Source: an uncultured Gammaproteobacteria bacterium (lineage in GTDB: Bacteria; Patescibacteriota; Microgenomatia; Daviesbacterales; UBA10151). Taken from it: a stretch of DNA of 64,000 bases. Positions 19,672-28,061 of the stretch are shown here, in pieces. The notes under the pieces are model-generated. The model was given only the letters and a program-made list of their open reading frames with translations. It did not search any database and was not told the DNA's origin. The DNA is taken from the NCBI GenBank assembly GCA_964504985.1, contig CAZDFU010000002.1, positions 11,782 to 75,781 of the forward strand. Reading direction: 5' to 3'. The stretch's first letter is position 1; each line of letters opens with the position of its first letter. Made by a program: the position numbers and the translations under genes.

Positions 19672-22600
19672 TTATTCTTCCTCCTTTTTTATTTCACTCA
19701 AATCCACTACTTCAAAAGAACTATTTTCACCTTCCAGGTCCTGCCCTGCAGTAGGCTTCATTTCTAAGGCTTCTTCAAGCTGAGCCACCTCTTGTACAAT
19801 TTCCGGCGTTTCTTCAACTTCCGGAGCTTGAATGATTTTAGCCCCTAGTGTTTCTACTGCCAACCCCAGTGCCTGGAGTTCTTTAACTAATACCTTAAAC
19901 GATTCGGGGATTAAAGCCTGAGGAATATCAATTCCTTTAACAATAGCCTCAAAAGCCTTAGCCCGCCCAACCACATCATCTGATTTGATAGTTAACATTT
20001 CCTGTAAAATGTGAGCTGCGCCATACGCTTCCAGCGCCCAAACTTCCATCTCCCCCAAACGCTGACCTCCCATCTGAGCTTTACCGCCTAACGGCTGTTG
20101 AGTCACCAAAGAATAAGGACCTGTAGAGCGGGCATGAATCTTTTCCTCAACCATGTGGATTAACTTCAAAATATAGTTTTTACCAACTACAATGGTTCTA
20201 TCAAAAGGCTGACCAGTCCTGCCATCAATCAGTCTAACCTTGCCATCAGAAGGCAAACCCGCTTTTTTTAATTCCTCAATCAGCTTATCTTCAGCAATCT
20301 TTTCAAAAACTGGTGCAGCAACTTTATATCCGAGTTTTTTAGCTGCAAATCCCCAATGAGTTTCTAGAAGCTGGCCTAAATTCATTCTGGACAACACTGA
20401 CAAAGGAGAAATAATAATATCTACAGGGGTTCCATCTTCAAGATACGGCATATCTGCTTGAGGCACAATCCTGGAGATAACACCTTTGTTGCCATGTCTG
20501 CCTGCTAACTTATCACCTTCAGTAACTTTACGGATTTGGGCAACTTTAACCTTAATTCTCATCAAAGTTCCGGTATCAAGCTCATCCCCTTCTTCTCTTG
20601 ATAAAATTTGTATTCCGATAACAGTTCCGCGTTCTCCATGCGGGATACGAAGAGAGGTGTCCCTGACTTCTTTTGCTTTTTCTCCGAAAATTGCCCTTAG
20701 CAGTCTTTCCTCAGCAGTAAGCTCTGTTTCACCTTTTGGTTGAACCTTACCAACCAAAATATCATTTGGCCCAACCTCTGCTCCAATCCTGATCAATCCT
20801 TTCTCGTCCAAATTAGCCAAAGCCTCTTCGGAAACATTTGGGATATCACGGGTTAATTCCTCAGGCCCAAGTTTTGTTTCTACTACATCAATCTCATATT
20901 CTTCAATATGTATTGAAGTCAAAAGATCCTCTTTCACCAATTTGTCCGAAATCACAATGGCATCTTCATAACCCAATCCCTCAAAACTCATATAGGCAAT
21001 AAGTAAGTTCTGCCCCAGGGCCAACTCTCCATTTTGAGTAGCCACACCATCTACTAAAAGATCTCCCTTTTTAACCTTAACCCCCACCCCTGCAACTGGT
21101 CTTTGAGAATAGCAAGTGCCTTGCGGGGTATGAACGAATTTTCTAATTTCGTATTTATGTTCAGCTTTGGAAGTTTTAAGAACTAACTCTTTACCATCTA
21201 CTTTGGTAACTATGCCATCTTCAGGTGCCCGGACAATCCTGCCCATATTTTCTGCCACGATTTTTTCCATGCCTGTGCCTACAATCGGAGCAGAAGGGAT
21301 AAGCAAAGGTACTGCCTGACACTGCATTTGAGTACCCATTAAAGCCCTGTTTGCATCATCATTTGCCAAAAATGGAATTAAAGAAGCAGAAGTTCCAAAA
21401 ATTTGCTGAGGAGAAATATCAATAAGTGATATTTCAGAGGATTTTCCTTCATAAAAAGTTCCCTGATAACGGGTTGGTACCCGCTCGTCTACAATATAAC
21501 CGTTGCTGTCAATTGCTACTGTAGCCTCAGTAATATGAGCATCCTCCTCATCATCAGCAGAAAGATATATTATTTCATCTGTAACCTTAGGTTTACCTTT
21601 GTGTGAAACTACTTTCCTATAAGGAGTTTCCAAAAATCCATACTCATTAATACGGACATAAAGAGCAAGATAAGTGACCAAACCAATATTTTGCCCTTCA
21701 GGAGATCTTATAGGATCAATCCTCCCGTATTGAGAATGATTAATGTCACGGACTGAAAATGAGGCTCTGTCACGGGTTATCCCCCCTGCTCCCATAACAG
21801 ACAATCTTCTTAAATGGTCCAGTTCTGATAAAGGATTAACCTGATCCAAAATACTGGACAACTGTGAGGAACGGAAAAATTCATTGATAGCAGCTATCAC
21901 CGGCTTGGCATTGATCAATCCGCCTGGGGTAACTTCCTGATCAGCAGCAGTTAAACTCATCCGTTCTTTAATAATCCTCTCAAGCCTTAAGACACCAATC
22001 CTGAAAGCATTTTGCTGTACCAATTCACCGGCACATCTTACTCTTCTGTTTGCCAAATGATCTATATCATCAACTCTTCCTTCACCTTTACTTAGTTTAA
22101 TCAGGTATTTTAAGGCAGCAATAATATCTGTGTTAGTTAAAATCCAGTTTTCTTCTGTATTAGGAAGATCTAAGCCTAATCTTTTGTTGATCTTGAAACG
22201 GCCTACCTTAGTCAAGTTATACCGTCTGGCATTAAAAAACATTCCTTCAAGCAGTGCTTTGGCAGTATCTAAAACTACGGGGTCGCCTGGACGCATCTTC
22301 CGGAAAATTTCCAGCAAAGCCTCATCAGTATTGTTGGTTTGATCTTTAGATAAAGTGCTTTCAATAAATTTATTTTCAGGATCAACGTCTTTAAAAAGCT
22401 CTATGATATCTTTATTTTCTGAAAAACCTAAGGCTCTGAGAAAAGTTGTAGCAGCAAACTTTCTTCTTCTGTCAATCTTGGCAGTTAAAACCCCGCCTCT
22501 TGTGACTGAGAATTCCAGCCAGGAACCTCTATAAGGACGGATTTCTGCTGAATATAACCTTTTTCCTGTTATTGGATCATCTATCGCTTGAAAAAATACC

Positions 22601-23022
22601 CCGGGTGAGCGTACAAGTTGGTTAATAATAACCCTCTCCACCCCGTTAATAACAAAAGTGCCCTTCCCAGTCATCTGAGGAATATCACCTAAAAAGACCT
22701 CCTGTTTGCCTCTTTCTCCAGTTTGTTTATTAATTAAGATGGCCTCAATTTTTAAAGGGGCATCAAATGTTACACCTTTTTCCCGGGCTTGCTGTTCAGA
22801 ATATTTGGGTTTGCCAAAATAAAAGGACCCAAGTTCCAGGGTCCAGTTTTTTCCTGTAAAGTCCTCAACAGGAGAAATTTCCATAAGGACTTCTTTAATT
22901 CCTTCTTTAATAAACCAATGATAAGAATCTAGTTGGATTTGGATTAAATTTAGCTCTGGTACTTCAAATGGGACCTTACTCCAATATTTACGTTGGTTTT
23001 CCAAAATTTGTGTTGTTAACAT
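19672..23022 (-). CDS. rpoB: RNA polymerase beta subunit
   Basis: GDKLAGRHGNKG, GGQRLGEMEVWALE motifs. Confidence 0.99.
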   Translation of the reverse strand: MLTTQILENQRKYWSKVPFEVPELNLIQIQLDSYHWFIKEGIKEVLMEISPVEDFTGKNWTLELGSFYFGKPKYSEQQAREKGVTFDAPLKIEAILINKQTGERGKQEVFLGDIPQMTGKGTFVINGVERVIINQLVRSPGVFFQAIDDPITGKRLYSAEIRPYRGSWLEFSVTRGGVLTAKIDRRRKFAATTFLRALGFSENKDIIELFKDVDPENKFIESTLSKDQTNNTDEALLEIFRKMRPGDPVVLDTAKALLEGMFFNARRYNLTKVGRFKINKRLGLDLPNTEENWILTNTDIIAALKYLIKLSKGEGRVDDIDHLANRRVRCAGELVQQNAFRIGVLRLERIIKERMSLTAADQEVTPGGLINAKPVIAAINEFFRSSQLSSILDQVNPLSELDHLRRLSVMGAGGITRDRASFSVRDINHSQYGRIDPIRSPEGQNIGLVTYLALYVRINEYGFLETPYRKVVSHKGKPKVTDEIIYLSADDEEDAHITEATVAIDSNGYIVDERVPTRYQGTFYEGKSSEISLIDISPQQIFGTSASLIPFLANDDANRALMGTQMQCQAVPLLIPSAPIVGTGMEKIVAENMGRIVRAPEDGIVTKVDGKELVLKTSKAEHKYEIRKFVHTPQGTCYSQRPVAGVGVKVKKGDLLVDGVATQNGELALGQNLLIAYMSFEGLGYEDAIVISDKLVKEDLLTSIHIEEYEIDVVETKLGPEELTRDIPNVSEEALANLDEKGLIRIGAEVGPNDILVGKVQPKGETELTAEERLLRAIFGEKAKEVRDTSLRIPHGERGTVIGIQILSREEGDELDTGTLMRIKVKVAQIRKVTEGDKLAGRHGNKGVISRIVPQADMPYLEDGTPVDIIISPLSVLSRMNLGQLLETHWGFAAKKLGYKVAAPVFEKIAEDKLIEELKKAGLPSDGKVRLIDGRTGQPFDRTIVVGKNYILKLIHMVEEKIHARSTGPYSLVTQQPLGGKAQMGGQRLGEMEVWALEAYGAAHILQEMLTIKSDDVVGRAKAFEAIVKGIDIPQALIPESFKVLVKELQALGLAVETLGAKIIQAPEVEETPEIVQEVAQLEEALEMKPTAGQDLEGENSSFEVVDLSEIKKEEE

Positions 23023-23048
23023 TATTAGTAGATGGCTTTTGGACAGAA

Positions 23049-23159
23049 GACTTTACACTTACAGTGCAGAGTCAACAAAAATAAGCATACGTACTCGTAC
23101 GCCTACTTTTTAAATATTAAACTGGAGTCAATTTACCATAGAATATACTTATAAGTCAA
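23049..23159 (-). promoter_or_regulatory. rpoB promoter and structured leader with terminator-like hairpin
   Basis: TTGACT-18nt-(TG)TAAATT; AAGTAGGCGTAC-ga-GTACGTATGCTT-ATTTTT; second hairpin with GTAA loop. Confidence 0.55.
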
Positions 23160-23162
23160 GGG

Positions 23163-23525
23163 TCAGTTTAATTTAAAATATTGTCTTGCCAGCTCTTTAT
23201 CTTTTTTCATTTCTTTAATCAAGCTTTCCTGGGAATTAAATTTTTTATTCTCCCTAATTATTTTTAAAAGTTTTGTGGAAATCCAGGTTCCATATATATT
23301 TTTATTAAAATCCAGGATATATATTTCTGCCTGATATTTAAAATTTTTAAAAGTTTTGGCTTCTCCGATAAAAGTTAAAGAGGGGTATACTTTTTTCCCT
23401 ATTTTAGTTTTAGAAATATAGATTCCTTCTGGAATTTTTCTTGTTAAATTAACATTAGCAGTTGGAAAACCCAACTTCCTACCCCTTTTATTATCTGTTC
23501 TAACCTTGCCCCAAAATATATTCAT
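23163..23525 (-). CDS. Stand-alone riboflavin kinase domain
   Basis: GRKLGFPTAN motif, IRENKKF; no FMN adenylyltransferase domain. Confidence 0.9.
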   Translation of the reverse strand: MNIFWGKVRTDNKRGRKLGFPTANVNLTRKIPEGIYISKTKIGKKVYPSLTFIGEAKTFKNFKYQAEIYILDFNKNIYGTWISTKLLKIIRENKKFNSQESLIKEMKKDKELARQYFKLN

Positions 23526-23533
23526 CTCACCTC

Positions 23534-23737
23534 TTACTTTCTTGCTTTAGCAGCTAATACGGGAGGTTTTAATGATAAAAATTCTGGTAGTTTTTTTGTA
23601 TCAGCATCTTCGTATTCTGTAGGCAGAGCTGTTAAACCGTATTTCCCGGTTGCTAGCATTTCCAAAACCATTGCTCTCTCTTCAGGAGTAAGTTTCATAT
23701 ATTTTATTGAGCTGCCTGGTACTTCCCTTATTGACAT
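23534..23737 (-). CDS. Hypothetical protein (67 aa)
   Basis: Fills the gap between mltG and the riboflavin kinase; TAATAT 6 nt before ATG; GAGG upstream of the next gene. Confidence 0.55.
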   Translation of the reverse strand: MSIREVPGSSIKYMKLTPEERAMVLEMLATGKYGLTALPTEYEDADTKKLPEFLSLKPPVLAAKARK

Positions 23738-23746
23738 ACCTTTATA

Positions 23747-24739
23747 TTATGGATTATTGGCCACGTTTTGATTATGTTCTTCCAAAGTCTTTGCATAATA
23801 TGAATTCCCTTTGGAATCATGATAATAATAAAGATATTGGGTATTTGGATTTGCATTGGCAACAGCCTGAAGAGAAGACAAGGAAGGATTACAAATTGGT
23901 TTAGGAGGCAAACCTCTATACATATAAGTGTTATAAGGGGAATCTACTTTTTTATCTTCACTGCTAAGATGTCTTTTCCACCAACTCTTCTCAGCAGGCT
24001 GGTACCCCAAAATATATTGCAAAGTAGCGTCAGCATTCAATCCCATCCCAATTCTAAATCTTTTAAGCAAAATACTTGCTACCTCCTCCCGTACTTTCTG
24101 CGACCTGGCTTCCCTCTCCACAATTGAGGCTAAAATAACCCCCTCCTTTTCAGTAAGTCCTTTTGAACGGATCTTTGTTTTTAAATCCTCATTAAACTTA
24201 CTGTCAAATGTTTTTCTTAAAGTATCAATAATATAACTTGCTGTAGCATCTTTGGGGAATAGGTAGGTGTCAGGAAAAAGATAGCCTTCCAGGCCCTTTG
24301 CCTCTTCCAGAAACTTTGAACTTTGAATTTGTTGGCTTGCGCCATTTTTCTCTTGAAAAACAAATTTTGAACTCAGTGCCTCTGCCATTTCTTCTACGCG
24401 CCAACCTTCTATTAAGGTTATCCATATATCTTCACTGCCTGTTTGTAAGTTTCCAACTAACTCTGCAACAGACATGCTGGAAGAAAGTTTATATGAACCA
24501 GCTTGCAGTTTATCTTTTAATTTATTTTGGTTGATATATATTTTAAAAGCTAATTCTGATTTTATTAAATTTTCCTCTTTTAATTTTTTGGCAATTTCAG
24601 ATACTCCTGCTCCTTTAGGTATGACGAAAACTTTAGTTTTTGTATCAGATGAAACACCTTTAAGCTGAGTATTCCACCAGAGGCTGCCGATAATTACTGC
24701 AAATATTAATCCAATTGTAATGGTTATGAATTTCTTCAT
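23747..24739 (-). CDS. mltG: Endolytic transglycosylase MltG
   Basis: N-terminal TM, EGYLFPDTY, LASIVERE, SPYNTY, GLPPKPI motifs. Confidence 0.96.
   Translation of the reverse strand: MKKFITITIGLIFAVIIGSLWWNTQLKGVSSDTKTKVFVIPKGAGVSEIAKKLKEENLIKSELAFKIYINQNKLKDKLQAGSYKLSSSMSVAELVGNLQTGSEDIWITLIEGWRVEEMAEALSSKFVFQEKNGASQQIQSSKFLEEAKGLEGYLFPDTYLFPKDATASYIIDTLRKTFDSKFNEDLKTKIRSKGLTEKEGVILASIVEREARSQKVREEVASILLKRFRIGMGLNADATLQYILGYQPAEKSWWKRHLSSEDKKVDSPYNTYMYRGLPPKPICNPSLSSLQAVANANPNTQYLYYYHDSKGNSYYAKTLEEHNQNVANNP
24312..24373. repeat. In-frame branched hairpin insert flanked by TTCAAA(G/A) heptamers in mltG
   Basis: Minus strand aatttgt-[ttttc aaga gaaaa]-a-[tggc gcaa gcca]-acaaatt. Confidence 0.65.
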
Positions 24740-25113
24740 GTAGAATCCAGATAATCCTGCAGGATTAGAGCAGCTGCAGTATCATCCAAGATGCGCCTTT
24801 TTTTCTGAGGAATTCCAGTCTCAATCATTTTTTCCATTGCTTTTTGAGAAGAAAGTGTTTCATCATATGTCTGGATATTTAAACCGCTTTTTTTTAGCTC
24901 TGTCACCAATTTCAAAACAATCCTGCTAATTTTTCCCTCAGGTAAACCAATAATAATCTTATCAAACTTTTCTTTTTTTGAAACTTCAATCACTTTTTGC
25001 AAAGCATCTTTAAAGCTGGAAACTGAAATAACTTTATAAGGGGCAGCTAATTCCCCTGCAGAGGTTGCAAAACCAATTCTTTTTAAACCATAATCTATCC
25101 CCAAATATCTCAT
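24736..25113 (-). CDS. ruvX: YqgF/RuvX family nuclease
   Basis: LGIDYGLKRIG, IGLP, DETLSS, AAALILQDYLD motifs. Confidence 0.93.
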   Translation of the reverse strand: MRYLGIDYGLKRIGFATSAGELAAPYKVISVSSFKDALQKVIEVSKKEKFDKIIIGLPEGKISRIVLKLVTELKKSGLNIQTYDETLSSQKAMEKMIETGIPQKKRRILDDTAAALILQDYLDST

Positions 25114-25155
25114 CTTAAGTATAATACATTATTCACCATTAAACGTTAAATCTAA

Positions 25156-25200
25156 AGATTATCGCTTCGCCAAGTCAGAGTTGGCTTCGCTCGGAATGAC
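25156..25200 (-). repeat. REP-like palindromic element downstream of the sortase
   Basis: gtcattccgagcgaagc-caactctgacttg-gcgaagcgataatct; ttccgagcgaagcc matches the reconstructed outer element in rplC. Confidence 0.7.
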
Positions 25201-25209
25201 AAGGGGAGA

Positions 25210-25851
25210 TCAAATCATTTTACCCAAAACAATAAGTCTTTTAAAATTTAATCCAGGAGGCACACAAGTCATCAAAGTTATATACCTGCCTTGTATTTCA
25301 GGAGCATTAATAACTGATATATCAGAAGGGTCAATTGCCTTCAAAGAAACAACCTGATATTTATACTTAGCCCCACTGGCCTCAATTATTATCTCATCAC
25401 CCTTTTTGAGATCTGTCAGGTTGGCAAAGAAAGCGGTTTTTAAACTAAAAAATTTGCTAAGGGCAGAATGGCCTGATATGAACACATTCCCTTTCTCGCC
25501 AGGCAAAGACGAACCTGGAAGATGAACCAATCCAGCTGATAAATCATTGCTGTCAACGAGAACTTGTACCTTATCTATCTTTAGCTTGGGAACTGATAAA
25601 ACAAATTCCTCATAGTTAGCTTTTGTTTCTCTTCTTAAACTTGAGATAATTGCTGGAAAGTTATTTTGTGTTTGGATGGATACGCCCAAAACCTGGGTAT
25701 CTTTTGTTTGCTTCGGACTAAAAAGTATCTGATTATTATAACCTTGTCCAATTAACCAAATTTGATATGAAATAATTGGCATAATTATCTGAATTAACAA
25801 AAATACTCCAATGAATAAAAAAGCAAGCGGTATTGCCTTCCCGAAAATCAT
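25210..25851 (-). CDS. Sortase
   Basis: N-terminal TM; ISGHS (His), ITLMTC (Cys), KRLIV (Arg) catalytic motifs. Confidence 0.93.
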   Translation of the reverse strand: MIFGKAIPLAFLFIGVFLLIQIIMPIISYQIWLIGQGYNNQILFSPKQTKDTQVLGVSIQTQNNFPAIISSLRRETKANYEEFVLSVPKLKIDKVQVLVDSNDLSAGLVHLPGSSLPGEKGNVFISGHSALSKFFSLKTAFFANLTDLKKGDEIIIEASGAKYKYQVVSLKAIDPSDISVINAPEIQGRYITLMTCVPPGLNFKRLIVLGKMI

Positions 25852-28052
25852 TACTTTAGCCCTACCCCAACCTTGATATTTTGACTCAGAATAGGAAGTC
25901 TTTGTAAAAATTTTGGCAGAGCAGGGGTAATCTTGATCTCAGATCCTAAAACATTCTCCATTCCCTTAAGGATATTTTCTGCTTCCGTTACCCCCTTACC
26001 TTGTATTTGGCTTTTTACTTTTGCCTCATCTATTTTAGGTAAAAGTTTTGCTTTAAACCGGGCCAAAAATATTAACTTACCATCCTTTTCTACCTTAGAA
26101 ACATCTGCCTGTGTTTCTGTATCTTCTAAATTGAGTTCAAAATCATTTGGAACATCAGTTGTTACAAGTTTTGATACAATTAATTTTAAGTCTTTATCTT
26201 CAAAAGCTGTCCCTTTATATTTGGTTGTTAAATTAAGAGAAAACTCTGATGCCTGATCATTGATATTTTTACTGAAAGTTTTTTTGACAATTTCCTCATT
26301 TAGGGCTTCTTCCAAAATCTTTTTATCAGATTCTGTTTCTTGTAATTTCTGTTGCGCTTGTTTTCTAAGTTTTGAACTCAATTCAGCAAGAAGCCTGTTT
26401 TGATCATCGCTTGAGACAACCACCACAGACTTTGAGGTTCCACCTGAAAAATTACCCTCTGCTTTAGCAGAAACCTGATTTGAAGAAAAACTACCCACGC
26501 TAAACTCTGAACCTGAGGGTAAGTTACCATCAGCACCCACAGCAGACGCTGTGACAGTAGCATTACTTTTACCATAAGTTATACCGCTGTCTGCAGCTGA
26601 TTGAGAAGCAATGGTGGCAGAGACATCAAGAGTAAATTTTAGACCTTTTGAAACAGTCAGGGTAGTTCCTTTACTTATTGACTTACTCTCGTTTGTTTTA
26701 TTATAAATAATCACTGTTCCTTTGGCTGGATCCCCAATTAGCTTACTGCCCGTTGCCTTATCCTTTAAAGAGTCTGAAACTTCTGTATTAACAATTTGCC
26801 CTGGAATTATTTTGGCCATTTCATCAACCAATTTTTGATTTGGGTCTGCCACCACGGTAGTATCTTTTTCCACCACCTTGGGTTCAACAAAGATTTTAAC
26901 TTCAGCTTTTGGCAACAGCACATATGCTGCAAAAGTTATAAGTAAGCCTAGAAAAACAATAACCAATAGAGCAAAACTCCCCCTCTTTCTTGGGATAAAC
27001 CTATTTAAAGTAAACAGTTTCTTCCCAGGCTTTTCTTCAAACTTTTCCGGTACAGTTAAATTTGTTTCTTGCGGGTCGGGCAACTCCTTTTCTTCTGCAA
27101 AATCTTCTTCCGGATTTACCAAATCTTCAGGCTCCTCTTCCTGAAGTTGTCCGGAGATGTCTCCTGCTACAAAACCAGAAAAATCCTGCTGGTTACTTTC
27201 TAACTTTTCCTTATCAACTTCTTCCTCATCCGCAAGTAAGGAGGATTTAACCGGATTTTGATCAATACCGGAGTTCTTTTCTTCCGTAATAGCTGAATCT
27301 GTATATAAAACATTACTTTCTAGTTCAGAAGCTCCTGCTAAACAAACGCTTTTTATTTCAATATCATCCTGAAGAGTATCTATCTTTGGAAAATGCAAAA
27401 AAGAGAGTTTAGACATCCAGGGAAACGACAGAAGCTGATTTTTTAATTCAGGAGCATTATCACCATAGATCAAAATTTTTGAGGGCAAGGTTTCAACAGC
27501 CGTAAAAACAAGCAATGCTTTCTCAATATCTGCTGCGCTGTTGTCTCCTCTGGAAACGGTTTTAACTCCATCAAGTTTTCCTGCCCTCACAACTGTTACT
27601 GTTAAATGGTGCGGTTCAAACCCCACTAAAATAGCAGTAGGGGGAACTCCATCAGTTTTTTCCAGTAAATGAATCAGGGCATTAGCACTTTCCACATATG
27701 CCATAGGAGTAAGCTCCAGCTCCTTAACTAAATCCCTTAACGCCTTTAAGCTGTCTTCCTTCAAATTTTCATCCTTAAGCCACGTGCTTGGGACACCAAA
27801 AAGGATTTTTTGCGGATCAACATCCCTTATTCCTAATACTGAATCTAAAAGTTTATCCGTAACTTTACTAAGCTCACTTAAAGAAGAATAGGTACCAGAG
27901 GCTGTTTCTAAAATTTTAAGCTGTTTTCCTTCAATCTGCCAAAGAGCAGCAATTAATTTCTCGTTGGAGATATTTACGGCAAAAAAATATTCTAAAACCT
28001 CTTCCTTTTTTGCAAAGGGCAGAAAGGCAGTTAATTTATCAGCAAAACTCAT
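25851..28052 (-). CDS. Membrane protein: PilM/FtsA-like N-domain, acidic linker, TM, baseplate J-like C-domain
   Basis: Single TM near aa 360-380; AKGTVIIYN...KFTLD...VTASAVGADGN...FSGG pattern resembles baseplate J/gp47 folds; N-domain assignment tentative. Confidence 0.65.
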   Translation of the reverse strand: MSFADKLTAFLPFAKKEEVLEYFFAVNISNEKLIAALWQIEGKQLKILETASGTYSSLSELSKVTDKLLDSVLGIRDVDPQKILFGVPSTWLKDENLKEDSLKALRDLVKELELTPMAYVESANALIHLLEKTDGVPPTAILVGFEPHHLTVTVVRAGKLDGVKTVSRGDNSAADIEKALLVFTAVETLPSKILIYGDNAPELKNQLLSFPWMSKLSFLHFPKIDTLQDDIEIKSVCLAGASELESNVLYTDSAITEEKNSGIDQNPVKSSLLADEEEVDKEKLESNQQDFSGFVAGDISGQLQEEEPEDLVNPEEDFAEEKELPDPQETNLTVPEKFEEKPGKKLFTLNRFIPRKRGSFALLVIVFLGLLITFAAYVLLPKAEVKIFVEPKVVEKDTTVVADPNQKLVDEMAKIIPGQIVNTEVSDSLKDKATGSKLIGDPAKGTVIIYNKTNESKSISKGTTLTVSKGLKFTLDVSATIASQSAADSGITYGKSNATVTASAVGADGNLPSGSEFSVGSFSSNQVSAKAEGNFSGGTSKSVVVVSSDDQNRLLAELSSKLRKQAQQKLQETESDKKILEEALNEEIVKKTFSKNINDQASEFSLNLTTKYKGTAFEDKDLKLIVSKLVTTDVPNDFELNLEDTETQADVSKVEKDGKLIFLARFKAKLLPKIDEAKVKSQIQGKGVTEAENILKGMENVLGSEIKITPALPKFLQRLPILSQNIKVGVGLK

Positions 28053-28061
28053 GGGTCAACC

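Noticed and set aside
11830-23022. Inteins or introns in fusA/rpoB/rpoC
   Set aside because: Continuous frames of normal length with no splice-junction motifs.
25851-28052. Prophage suggested by the baseplate-like domain
   Set aside because: No integrase, capsid, terminase or tail genes; the protein is membrane-anchored among housekeeping genes.
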